This document shows positions 8,960 through 19,849 of a stretch of DNA of 32,153 nucleotides, piece by piece. The DNA lies in assembly GCF_001194135.2 (NCBI RefSeq), contig NC_068981.1, forward strand, positions 91,757,680 through 91,789,832, in the 5' to 3' direction. Positions within the stretch are counted from its first letter, which is position 1, and every line of letters begins with the position of its first letter. This DNA is from Octopus bimaculoides. Lineage: Eukaryota. Under the pieces are notes generated by a model. It saw nothing but the letters and a program-made list of their open reading frames with translations, was not told where the DNA came from and ran no database searches. The translations under genes and the position numbers were made by a program.

Positions 8960-11618
8960 GCATATAGTTGAATTGTCCAGACATGCGACAGATATGTTGG
9001 AAATACTGCAGGAGAATTCGAGGGCAGGATGAAAGGATTGGACAAAAGAGAAGGAGTCTAGTTGTTCACGGGTAAGTCACACAGATACAGTCGTCACCGA
9101 TACAGTTGTATAGATCGGGAGTGGGACCAGTGAATCGTGAGAATATTTGGGCCTCAACGTAGCCAGTGATCAGGTCCCTATGGCCACTTCTGAGAACTGC
9201 TGGTAAAAATCCCCTGCGAATGAGAAGCAGTTGGGGTAAAGAACAAGTTCAGTCAAACGAAGAAGGGTGAAGGTGTCAGGTTGGGGTTGGATCGAAAGTC
9301 TAGGAAGTGTTTGAGTGCAAGAAACCCTTCGTTGTGTGGGATCACCGTATAAAGATTCTTGAAATCAAGACTGAGGAGAAGTTTAGAGGGCCAGGAAGGA
9401 AGGAGAAAAAGTTTAAGGGACTGAGGGTATTGTTAGTGTCATGGATGTGGGAGGATAGGGAAACCATTAAGCAGGGAAAGTTCAGGGTCGAGGTATTTTG
9501 AGATCAGTTTTGTGGGGCAGTTACAGGCGGAGACGATGAGGTGGCCAGGGTTGTCGGGCTTGTGGATTTTCGGAAGGAAGTGTGTATAGTGTGACCGGAT
9601 GTGACAGAATGAAGGAGTAAGTAGAGTTTATGTTGTTTAGTGTGAGCGTGGAAAATATGATTTAAATGGATTATGAAGCGTAGAGTGGTATGTGTAAAAG
9701 AAGGTGAAAAGGGGGATAAAAAGGTGAAATAATCGAGAGGGTAAAGGCGGTCAAGGAGAGATTAGAACGAATGGTTACACGCATAAGGCGGTTGGACGTA
9801 GTACGGAGTATGGGTAGGATAGCAGAAGCAAAGTGGAATAGTGGGGTGAAAATGGAGGTGGAAACCTTGGAGATGAGGTGGTCGTGTAGACAGCGACTGA
9901 GACAGGAAACGTGGCTAGAGAACCGTGTATTTTTTAAAATCAGTATGGAAAGAGTAATAGAAGCTTGAAAGCAGCGGTGGCGAATTTGGATGACGAAAAA
10001 TTTGTAATCCGGCATGCTGGAAAAATAGAAAAAAGCAAGAAGACAAAACGAAGAAAAGGAGAGAAATAGAGAAGAAAAAAAGACGAAAAGAAGAAGAAAC
10101 AAAGAGAGAAAGACAAAGTCACAACGTACGGTGTATGAAAAAATAGATAGTTCAAAAAAGTTCAGACGTTGTGTTATGTTGGAGAGATTATTCATCAACA
10201 GAAGAGTTCAATGAAATCCGTAAGTATATCCAGAGATAATCCGGGTGGAGTGCTGGCATGTAAATGAGGATAGATGCAGAAAGTTCAGGCAGTATTTGAG
10301 ATGTGTATGTCAACACAGTAGGAAGTTAAAGCAGGATAAAACTGGAATGACCACGTGGGCGTATGATATATAGTTGAAATTTACAGACAAACAAAAGACG
10401 AAGACAGGTGTATGAATATCAAGCAGATGTAACAGTTTGACGCTCGGGGATGTGAGAAACTTTTTTACAATTCAAGCCTACGCTCTTCAACAGAAAGGAA
10501 TAAGAGAAAATAAGCAGAGAGCGAATAAAAGAAAAAAACGTGTGGATTTAAACAGTTTGACTGAAGAAGAAGAAAGAATCGGAGGTAATAAAGTATTGGT
10601 GATCTCAAATGAAGGTGCGCGCGCAAGCGTGAGTGTGTATGTGGGAATGTGTAAGTGTGTGGGTGTGTAGATAGGGGCTAGTTATTTTGACGTGTGTGGA
10701 TGCGTGCGTGTGTAACTGTGAGCGTCTGCAATGTGTGTGTTTGTGGATGATAGTGTGTGAGTGTACAGATGATGGTGTGTGTTGCGGGTGCTGGGAAGTG
10801 GTCAGTGCGACTTGTGTGGAGTGTTGTAGTGTGGTTTTATGTGGTGTGGTTGGTATTGCGCTGTGGGTGTGTAGAGGGGTATGTGGGTTTGGGATGAGGA
10901 TGTAGGTGTGAAGTAAGGATGTGGGTGTGAAGTAAGGATGTGGGTGTAGGGTATGTGGGAGAGGGATATGCTGGGTGGGGTGTTGATGGAGGGGTATCAA
11001 TGAAGAGAGACAAGATGGGTAGGAGTGAAGAGATGAAGTAGTTGTTAGAGAAAGACAGGAGAAGAGGGGAGTCAGATGTGGAGAGGAGGGGAGCTGAGCT
11101 CCTGTTGCGCAAAGGAGCGAAGAGAGAAGATTAATTTTTGTTCACGGCGAAGGCGGAAATCTGGATGGCCCCTGTGCAAAGGCATTCCGAACACGGAGAG
11201 GTGTTGTTGCGAATGACCGGTAGAGCGGAAATGGCGCGAGATAGGAGTGTCATGGCCGAGTCTGATGTCTTGGAGATGGACCGCGAAACGGTCAGTCAAA
11301 CGGCGTCCCGTTTGACCAATGTACAGAGAAGGACAGAAAGTGCAGGAGATGCAGCAAATGACGTTGCTAGAAGTGCAGATAAAAAAGTAAGTGATATGAT
11401 AGGGATAGTGATGAGTGCTTGTGGAGATGGTAGCGTTGAAGAGGTAGGGGCAAGAGCGTCAGCGTGGGCGGGAGCATGTCTCAAGCCAGGTTGGGAGGTG
11501 GGGTTAGGGAAGAAACTGTGGACCAGAAGGTCACGCACGTTGTGGGCACGTTTGAAGGAGGGAAAGGGTAAGTTGGGGAAGATGTGCGAGGTGGTGAGGT
11601 CGGACTGGAGCCGCCGGA
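8960..11618 (-). mobile_element. Decayed Penelope-like element in partial-tandem arrangement: EN 3' end, 3' UTR/pseudo-LTR, then ORF N-terminus and RT
   Basis: 11618-11070 encodes FRRLQSD.TT.HIFP..PFPSFKRAHNVRDLLVHS...ICTSSNVICCISC..C..LYIGQTGRRLTDRF..HL (GIY-YIG). 10200-9670 is the N-terminal region (RFSSHVSCLSRCL). 9500-8970 has RT motifs LSLDFKNLYTVIPHNEG, FYQQFSEVAIG and LYNCIGDDCI. Many stops and frameshifts. Confidence 0.88.
10460..10497 (-). ncRNA. Degenerate hammerhead-like motif in the PLE pseudo-LTR
   Basis: The minus strand reads CUUU-CUGUUGA-A-GAGC[GUAG]GCUU-GAAU-U-GUA-AAAA. Hammerhead topology, but with non-canonical core positions. Confidence 0.4.
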
Positions 11619-11870
11619 AATTCAATTCCCGGCGACGCATTGTATCCTTGAGCAAAGCATTTCATTTTACATTACTCCAGTCCATTCAGCTGGCAAAAAT
11701 GAGTAGTAATTGTATTTCAAAGGGCCAGCCTTATCACACCTGATGTCATGCTGAATTTCCCTGAGAACTACATTAAGGAGACATGTGTCAGTTGAGTGTC
11801 CAGCTACTTGCACGTTAATTTCACGAGCAGGCTGTTTCGTTGATCGGATCAAATAGAATGCTCGCCATCG
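11619..11870 (+). mobile_element. 5'-truncated SINE starting at a decayed B box
   Basis: aattcaattcccggcgacgcattgtatccttgagcaaagc...tccagtccattcagctggcaaaaatgagta..., similar to a recalled tRNA-SINE core (ttgtgtccttgagcaagacac). No database check. Confidence 0.65.
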
Positions 11871-11885
11871 TAAAACAATATCTCA

Positions 11886-13471
11886 GTTTACTAGACATTG
11901 GACATAAAGAGATGTGTGTAAATAATATATGACCCATCCTTTCTCGTTGAAAGGGCAATTTTCACATCTTCTGTTTTAGATGTTATTGAATAGCATATTC
12001 GTAACAAGCATTTGGGCTATGGATACATTTAGCGTATCGCGCTTAGTTGCAAATTTCCTTTCTATGACTTCATATTCGCGGATAACTACCAGTATTGTTT
12101 CCTACTGCAGTAATCTACGAAACGAATATTTTTTTTCATTTCTAGTTATTTTTCTGAACAGTCTCAGAAAATTATCTAAGGTTGATAGGCGCATTACTTT
12201 GACCTCTGACAAAGCTTTTGATGAAACTGTAATACGTACGATATATCTAAAATTTTATTTCTCTTTGGTTCTTCTATAGTATAGAATCACCAGGTATTTT
12301 TAAGAGACTTGACTACAGGATTCACATTAAGGTTATTATTGCCAATCTCTAAAAAGCATTGACGTTTCTGTTATATTTGGCAGCAATTTTCCCCTTTGTG
12401 TATATATGTATGTATGGATATATTTATATAATTAGGATAAATTCAGTATTTAATGATTTATCTGATTTATCGGTTGCCAGCATTATATTTTATCATCATA
12501 CTTATATACACACACATGCACATACACACACATATGCACGCGCGCGCGTGCAGACACACACACACATATATGTATATATATANNNNNNNNNNNNNNNNNN
12601 NNNNNNNNNNNNNNNNNNNNNNNNNNNNNNNNNNNNNNNNNNNNNNNNNNNNNNNNNNNNNNATATATATATATATATATATATATAAGACATTCTATAA
12701 TGAGATCTGTCTGAAGGATAACCATTAGGCTACAGAAATAAGAATCTACGTTATGGTAAAAGCTATATACACTCATTCTTGTGAGTTCTGGCGGAATATC
12801 CCAGTGAAAGCCTCAATGAAATGACAACAAAATGGACCTGACATCGTGATTTGGGATATACAAGAGAAACACTCTACAATTGTGGAACTCAGTTGCCCAT
12901 AAAATAAAAGAATATAAATCTTCACATAATCATACACATAAATACAAAAATACCCTGTTGTTGATGTTGAAATTCCAATAGTGGAACCTTGGCTCTCAAT
13001 TAGAAAACGGATCTTTCTCTATTGGCAAGAGATCTTGAAATAAAACTGAAAAATAACATACGTTTATACATACGTACATACATAAGACACACCGTTTCAC
13101 CAAAAGCAAAGCATTCTAACCTAGAGTAATAGATATGTGAAATATTTATTACAGCGAGAGCATGTGAAATATTTATTACAGTGAGAGTATAAGCCTAAAT
13201 GATTTGCTTTATATTACACGATGTTTGCAGTATTTACATTAATGTATTCGGCACAGAAATATGAATATTTCATATCTTTGTGTTATCTACTAAATTGTTT
13301 ACATAAACATTATAACTTACTTTTATCTATAAAGGATTTATTTCCCTCTCTGTCTGTTTGTGCATGTGTACAAATAAATCTTTCTGTTTTCTCTCATTTA
13401 TTGTCTTCAATCATTCACCTTTGAAACATACCACCTTGTAATAAATAATCCATTTCGTTAATTTCAGTATA

Positions 13472-13507
<36 letters not shown>

Positions 13508-14215
13508 TGTATGTATGTATGTATGTGTGTGTTTGTTTGTGTGTGTATGTGTGTGTGCGTATGCATATGTATATGAAAGTGCCTGTGCATGTATATGTGT
13601 ATGAGTGTGTCTGTGTGTATGTGAGCGCGCGCGCGCGTTGTTACTGCTAGTTGCCGTGCGGGAAGTGAATTAATAACGTAATGTGACGAAAACAAAATAT
13701 CGCTGTTTACTAGACATTGGACATAAAGAGACATGTGTAAATAATATATGACGCATCGTTTCTCGTTGAAAGGGCAATTTTCACATCTTCTGTTTGTAGA
13801 TGTTATTCAATAGCATAATTCTAACAAGCACTTGGGCTATGGATACATTTAGCATATCACGCTTAGTTGCAAATTCCTTTTCTAGGACTTAATTTTCGTG
13901 GATAACTACCAGTATTGTTTCCTACTGCAGTAATCTACGAAACGAATATTTTTTACATTTCTAGTTATTTTATTCTCAACAGTCTCAGAAAATGATCTAA
14001 GGATGATAGGCGCATTATTTGACCTCTGACAAAGCTTTTCATGAAACTTTAATACGTACGATAATTCTAAAATTTAATTTATCTTTGGTTCTTCTATAGT
14101 ATAGAATCACCAGGTATTATTAAGAAAACTGACTACAGGATTCGCATTAAGGTTATTACTGCCAATCTCTAAAATGCATTGACGTTTCTATTATATTTGG
14201 CTGCAATTTTCCCCT
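11886..14215. repeat. Dispersed direct duplication of about 510 bp (11886-12395 and 13705-14215)
   Basis: Colinear alignment from gtttactagacattggacataaagag to gcaattttcccct, roughly 90% identical by eye. Confidence 0.95.
12780..12900 (+). pseudogene. RLE endonuclease-domain fragment of a non-LTR retrotransposon
   Basis: EFWRNIPVKASMK*QQNGPDIVIWDIQEKHSTIVELSCP, matching the PD-(D/E)xK-type RLE PDIV...E.SCP motif. Confidence 0.7.
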
Positions 14216-14821
14216 GCTGACAAGAAAAGAACTATTCGAAAAAACTGAGACACAAACGACTGACTGTGGAGGAATTTTGTTGAATTGCAAGTGGAGAGAT
14301 TATAGTAGAAAGTTAGAATGTAAGTGGAAGAAAATTTGAAGTGTGATTGAGAAAGCATTGATGCATTAGTTTGTTTGTTCGGAATTATGTGTGTTCGTGT
14401 AGAGAGCATGAATGGGAGAGGAAAGTGAAAGAGATGGTGTAGGAGGGCTTGAGTGTTTGCATCTCTATGTAGATGAGTGTCTGCAGCTGTAGACATAGAT
14501 GGTAAGGAGATGATTAAGAGTTTTTAAATATAACCAAAGCACCAAGGACGACGAAATTAATATATTCACTGTCTGAGGGTGTGGGCGTAGGTGTATACAT
14601 ATATATATGTATAAATACATACAGTGTACATTTAAATACATAAGAGAGACGTCCATAATAGGACATCTACCCCGCTAGAAGGAGCAATCAAACTCGAAGC
14701 CACAATTAGGGATAATTTTGAAAGGGAAAGCAAAATAAAAACATTTACCATCTATTTCCTGAACCATGGTTTCAAGCAATTTTCAGCAAAAGAAAATAAT
14801 AATATATATATATTTATGTAT

Positions 14822-14858
<37 letters not shown>

Positions 14859-15316
14859 TGTATGTATGTATGTATGTATGTATGTATGCATGTATATATA
14901 TACACACATATATATATGTGTGTGTGTGTGGATAACTGCACATTTATGCATATATATANNNNNNNNNNNNNNNNNNNNNNNNNNNNNNNNNNNNNNNNNN
15001 NNNNNNNNNNNNNNNNNNNNNNNNNNNNNNNNATATATATATGCGTATATGTGAGTCAGTATATATATATGGGCATTTGTGAGTATCAATAACTATATGA
15101 ATAGAACGGGAAGAATGCATGGGAAAGTAGACTGAAGACTTTGAATAACAAATATGTAATGAGTGTGTGTCATTGTCGCTGTACATTTTTATGCGACTAT
15201 ATATACGCAGAGATAGAAGGAAAAAGAACAAAACAGAAGTATAAAACACAGAGGGAGAGATCGAAGGAAAGAAAACCTAAATTAGTAAAACTGAAAAGGT
15301 AGTTTCTCTCTTTGAC

Positions 15317-16110
15317 TTCTTTACCAATATGTTGTGCTACTAAACAATTCAATCTAATATTGCTGTCTATTGGCAAATACATCAATTCAATGAATCTGGA
15401 GAGACATATTTGTTTCGGTATACATTCTTGCATTACTCAAATATCATTCGGGCAGTGATTAGCATAGGATGCTCGTATTAAAGTATAAATACACTCTACT
15501 AAATTCGACTGCTACTGTTATGTTTAGAGCTCTACGAAGATTATTATTATCCAGCTTACGCCTTGTATAATGGTTAAATAACTTCTGTTCTGTACTGATT
15601 ACCATTAATAGTTATCAACTATAGAGCAAATGTAGAAGAAATAAATTTAAGCACATATTTATATTAGAGTTCCTACTGCGTTTCCCCATTATGACTGTTT
15701 GGAGCACTGCGTTAAGTGTTATAAATGCATTTAGATGGGGAGCATATATATATATATGCGCTTATACATGCATGCTTCCATAAACTTATACATGCATCGA
15801 TATATATCAAGATTCATACATATATATTTATCATCAGCGTGTGCAGGTATGTCTGTGCGCACGTGAAGGTATATGAGTGCATGCATATGTGTATGCACTC
15901 TAAACATAGCAGTAGAAGTCGAATTTAGTAGAGTGTATTTATACTTTAATAGTAGCATCATATCCTAATCACTGCCTGAATGATATTTGATTAGTACAAG
16001 AATGTATACCGAAACAAATATGTTCGTCCAAGTTCATTGAATTGATGTATTTGCCAATAGACAGCAATATTAGATTGAATTGTTTAGTAGCACAACATAT
16101 TGGTAAAGAA
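15317..16110. repeat. Long inverted repeat: 213-bp arms (15317-15529 / 15898-16110) with a 368-bp spacer
   Basis: Colinear reverse-complement match from ttctttaccaatatgttgtgc to gtttagag, over 90% by eye. No TSD recognised. Confidence 0.95.
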
Positions 16111-16319
16111 AGCATGATTTAGTGGTAGTAGATGCAAAGATAAAGTGCAAGGTAATTGAATTTAAAGTTTCAAATGATGAAGACTTTATAAGAGGTATAG
16201 AGAAAATATCAAGTACCAGGACCTAGACCGGTGGTTCCCAATCTGGGGTCCGCAAAGGTAATATTGAGGTCCATGAACTAAATTCAAAATTTCATATATA
16301 TATATATATAGATAGATAG

Positions 16320-17122
16320 ATAATCATAAATATACAGGGATTAGCAGGAGCCGCTTCTCCAACATACTGAGAATTCAGAAATAGCAGTCAAAGAACTACT
16401 GATTCCAAACTACAAATTTTTTCTCTAACGGATGGCGATATTTATGGCACACACAGAACAAAAAACAGAAGAGAAGAGTAAAAACAAACCTGCCTTTAGT
16501 TAATTGGGTACGACGTTTCACGGTTAAGGGTATGAAGTTACCCTATTCCGATCTTCAGCCTCAATATTCGAATAAATTTGAAAGTGTCTAATAACTCATG
16601 TGAATTTTGACCATGCGACATCAAGACCACGTGAGGCAGACACTAAGAAATTTATCGGCTAGTGAGTTCAAAACACCTCACTCCAAAGAATCTATTCAAT
16701 GTGTGTCACAAATTGTCCCGTAAAAAAAAAGTCCCGTGTGAAGGGTTACGGTTTAACCATCCAACTTAGAGGCATCACTATAAAATATACAGATATATAG
16801 GGCAGGGAATCGTCAATTAGTAATAAAATTAATAATTAACAACTTTGCCGAGTAGCTCAGTATGAAAAAAACTTTATCGGTAAAACCATTTATAATCATA
16901 AATATGCAGGGATTAGCAGGAGCTGCTTCTCCAACATACTGAGATTTCAGAAATAGCAGTCAAAGAACTACCGATTCCAAACTACAAATTTTAGTAATAA
17001 AATTAATAATATATTTATGATTATAAATGGTTTTACCGATAAAGGTTTTTTCATACTGAGCTACTCGGCAAAATTGTTAATTATTAATTTTATTAGTAAT
17101 TGACGATTCCCTGCCCTATATA
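16320..17122 (-). mobile_element. Non-coding PLE-type/retrozyme-like insertion: 572-bp unit, 101-bp direct repeat, 112-bp inverted tail
   Basis: Direct repeats 16320-16420 and 16892-16992. Inverted arms 16794-16905 and 17011-17122. (TA)n(TAGA)n on both sides. Hammerhead motif inside. Confidence 0.75.
16503..16565 (-). ncRNA. Type I hammerhead ribozyme candidate with intact core
   Basis: The minus strand reads AUUG(A)GG-CUGAAGA-U-CGG-aau-AGGGUA[acuuca]UACCCU-uaa-CCG-U-GAAA-C-GUC-GU-A-CCCAAU. Confidence 0.7.
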
Positions 17123-17123
17123 T

Positions 17124-17166
<43 letters not shown>

Positions 17167-18089
17167 CATACATACATACATATATAAAGATAAGCATATT
17201 AAAAGGGGGCGTGGGAAAACTCATTTAAATAAAGGGGCTGGAGACCAGTGACCGAGACATTGAGTTACAGAAGCATAGGATATGTACGGGAAGAATGTAT
17301 CCTTGTAGTTATAGGTTCACTGGCAACTATCCGTAAAGATTACAGCAACCGAATAGAACAAAGAAATACGAGGAGTGTATGAAAAGTATTGAGCCTCAAA
17401 AAAACATAGCATTGTACAAGAACCCTAGTATAAAAACATAGTCTAATGCAGCTCCAGAAAACAGTATTATTAAGAAGGTTCATGGCATCTAAGTTTAATT
17501 TTGTTATAGACCGATATTAAGAATTTTTTTTATTCCAACAATCTAACTTGTTGTGCGTAAATGAAATAATAATAATAATTCATTAAAAATGTTGGCACAA
17601 GAACATCAAGTTTGAGGTGAAAGTTTAATAGATTGCACCTCTTAAAATACATGTCTAGCACCCTATTATTTTGACCAAGAAAACTTGAAAAGAATGTGAT
17701 TCTAAAGCTAATTTCAGTTTCTTATTTACATACAACGAGGTTGGGATGGTAACTGTCAGACTCAGTATTTGACACCGATCACCTGTAAACCATAACCGAT
17801 AAATCCATGTAATATTCATAAATATAAGACTAAATTCTTCATAGCAAACAATACCAAATAATCGTTTAAGCGATATCATTTATTGTCATTATCTAATGTT
17901 CACTAACTCTTCCCTCTCTCTTATGTCACTCTCTCCCTTTGACCTCTGTTTCCTTCTCCCTGTTTATGTATTTATATATCTGCCACCATATCTATATATT
18001 TATATATATCAATCAGTCTATCTTTTTGTATTTAAATATAGTTATCAGATACGTATATAATATATATATTCTTTATTTTAATTTTACAG

Positions 18090-18217
18090 GAACTGCCCGA
18101 AATTCACACCAGTTTCGACATCCAGCGAGCACTGATTCTTGCTTACATCTACTTCATTGTGAGCAATATATCACTGATCCTACTGTTAATTACAATGTTC
18201 ATATTCTGCTACTTCAG
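18090..18217 (+). CDS. Class B1 GPCR internal exon, stalk and TM1: ELPEIHTSFDIQRALILAYIYFIVSNISLILLLITMFIFCYF(R)
   Basis: Acceptor ttttaattttacag (AG 18088-18089), donor gtatga at 18218. 128 nt, phase 0/2, in frame with 5191-5288. Hydrophobic helix with SLxxLL...IFxYFR, and a phase-2 intron in the Arg codon as is typical of class B1 genes. Confidence 0.92.
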
Positions 18218-18261
18218 GTATGAAAATACTTTACTCTTTTTACCCTATATTTAAAGTGATT

Positions 18262-18299
<38 letters not shown>

Positions 18300-18676
18300 G
18301 TTTCATTTAATACAGTTTCCATTTTACTGTTGTTTCTATGTCGCAATATTAATGCAATTTTATACAGTATATCTTATAAAACGGCATCTGAATACAAAAC
18401 TATAAACACGAACAGGTTTCCTGACATAATAAATTCTATGTATAAAATAAGAAAGTAAGACATGATCGTCAGTCATTTCCTAATCTACAAAACATTGCAG
18501 TATATCTTCTGTTCCATAGTTAGTAACAACTTTAAATTCAGCCCCATGTAAATAAAAAGGGGTGATATTTGCCAGTGGTATAAATATGACATTAACTACA
18601 ATGAGAGAAATATATTTAACTATATTTACCTAGAACAAACTGAAAATGTAATCAATTTAATAGTATGATTACCATA

Positions 18677-18871
18677 GGTGCAGGCGTGGCTGCGTGGTAA
18701 GAATCATACTTCCCAATCACATGATCCCTCTGAGTGGAATCTTGGGCAAGTGACTTTTACTGTAACCATAGGGTCGACCACAGATTTTTGAGCCGATTTG
18801 GGAGACTGAAGCTGAAAGAAGCCTTTCGTACATATGCTTATAAATATAAATACATATATATATATATATAA

Positions 18872-18919
<48 letters not shown>

Positions 18920-19087
18920 TTGTGTTGTACCCTCACCTTCGCGTGACAGCCGGTGCAGGCGTGTTTACGTCCCTATACCCTAGTGATTCGGTAAAAGAGT
19001 CATAGAATAAGATTTATCGATTCATTCTTCGATGCGGTACCTCAGCATGGCTATAGTTTAGTGACTAAGACAGTTAAGAGATAAAAG
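18677..19087 (+). mobile_element. tRNA-derived SINE with an internal TA/GT microsatellite (octopus-type)
   Basis: ggtgcaggcgTGGCTGCGTGGtaag A-box head, core cttgggcaagtg...gggtcgacc...ctgaaagaagcc, microsatellite, then a 3' tail ...ctcagcatggc...gactaagacag. Related copies at 27244 and 31119. Confidence 0.8.
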
Positions 19088-19454
19088 GAAGATGATATAA
19101 GGTGAGAACAAAGTAAGTATTGTTTCGATTCCTAGGACTCACAGAATATACTACATGACTGAGTTTACAACTTCCCACCTGAACAGGATGTTACTCCATC
19201 ATATGTCTGATCATCTATAGCTAAGTGAATTGGAGGAAAGTGAAATCTAGCGATCACAAAATTAACAACTTCCTCTTTAAGAGCACGTGTGTTTAAAAAG
19301 GTTTAACGAAAGCGTTCACAGACTAGAAAAAAACTTCTCCCCACAAAAAGGTTAGTAACATCCTCATTTCATAACATGTTTTTCCCAAAAATATTTTTCT
19401 AGAAAAAGAACCTTTAAACTTCAAAAACTCTATTAAGTAATCCTAATAGACTTT

Positions 19455-19522
<68 letters not shown>

Positions 19523-19849
19523 CGTATTTATTTACCTACACACACATACATACTAGGTATATAAATACGTATTCACATACATATATACATATATATACAT
19601 ACACATGCACATACACACATAAATATGTGTATGTATATATTTACATATATNNNNNNNNNNNNNNNNNNNNNNNNNNNNNNNNNNNNNNNNNNNNNNNNNN
19701 NNNNNNNNNNNNNNNNNNNNNNNNNNNNNNNNNNNNNNNNNNNNNNNNNNNNNNNNNNNNNNNNNNNNNNNNNNNNNNNNNNNNNNNNNNNNNNNNNNNN
19801 NNNNNNNNNNNNNNNNNNNNNNNNNNGTGTGTGTGTGTGTGTGTGTGTG

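Larger units (their letters stand above)
16229..17250. mobile_element. hAT (Charlie-like) MITE with 8-bp TSD, itself interrupted by the 16320-17122 unit
   Basis: Left end cggtggttcccaatctgggg, degenerate right end ...ggagaccagtg. TSD acctagac (16221-16228) / accgagac (17251-17258). Removing the MITE and one TSD restores KYQDLDIELQK. Confidence 0.72.
16112..17440 (+). pseudogene. RLE-type non-LTR retrotransposon 3' fragment split by a nested insertion
   Basis: 16112-16228 gives HDLVVVDAKIKCKVIEFKVSNDED...EKIS/KYQDLD. From 17259 it resumes IELQK, and after a frameshift CILVVIGSLATIRKD. Confidence 0.75.
1273..18217 (+). other. Partial gene span, secretin-family GPCR (CRF/DH44-, calcitonin- or PDF-receptor-like; subfamily unresolved)
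   Basis: The three exons splice in frame and give five of the six ectodomain Cys plus TM1. Introns are 3.8 kb and 12.8 kb. I found no TM2 exon (xLxCxRxxIHxNL) in 18218-32153 and no convincing upstream exon in 1-1272. Confidence 0.88.

Noticed and set aside
11138-11743. 201-aa plus-strand ORF, the longest in the track
   Set aside because: It is the antisense frame of the PLE endonuclease plus SINE sequence, and no protein family is recognisable.
13135-13188. 27-bp tandem duplication (also a 19-bp one near 10905-10945)
   Set aside because: Real, but ordinary slippage products with no further signal.
11886-14215. LTR pair of a TRIM/LARD retrotransposon
   Set aside because: No TG...CA termini, TSD, PBS or PPT seen.
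14216-14600. Third PLE fragment (LNHLLTIYVYSCRH on the minus strand, similar composition)
   Set aside because: Similarity to the endonuclease C-terminus is too weak to call without an alignment.
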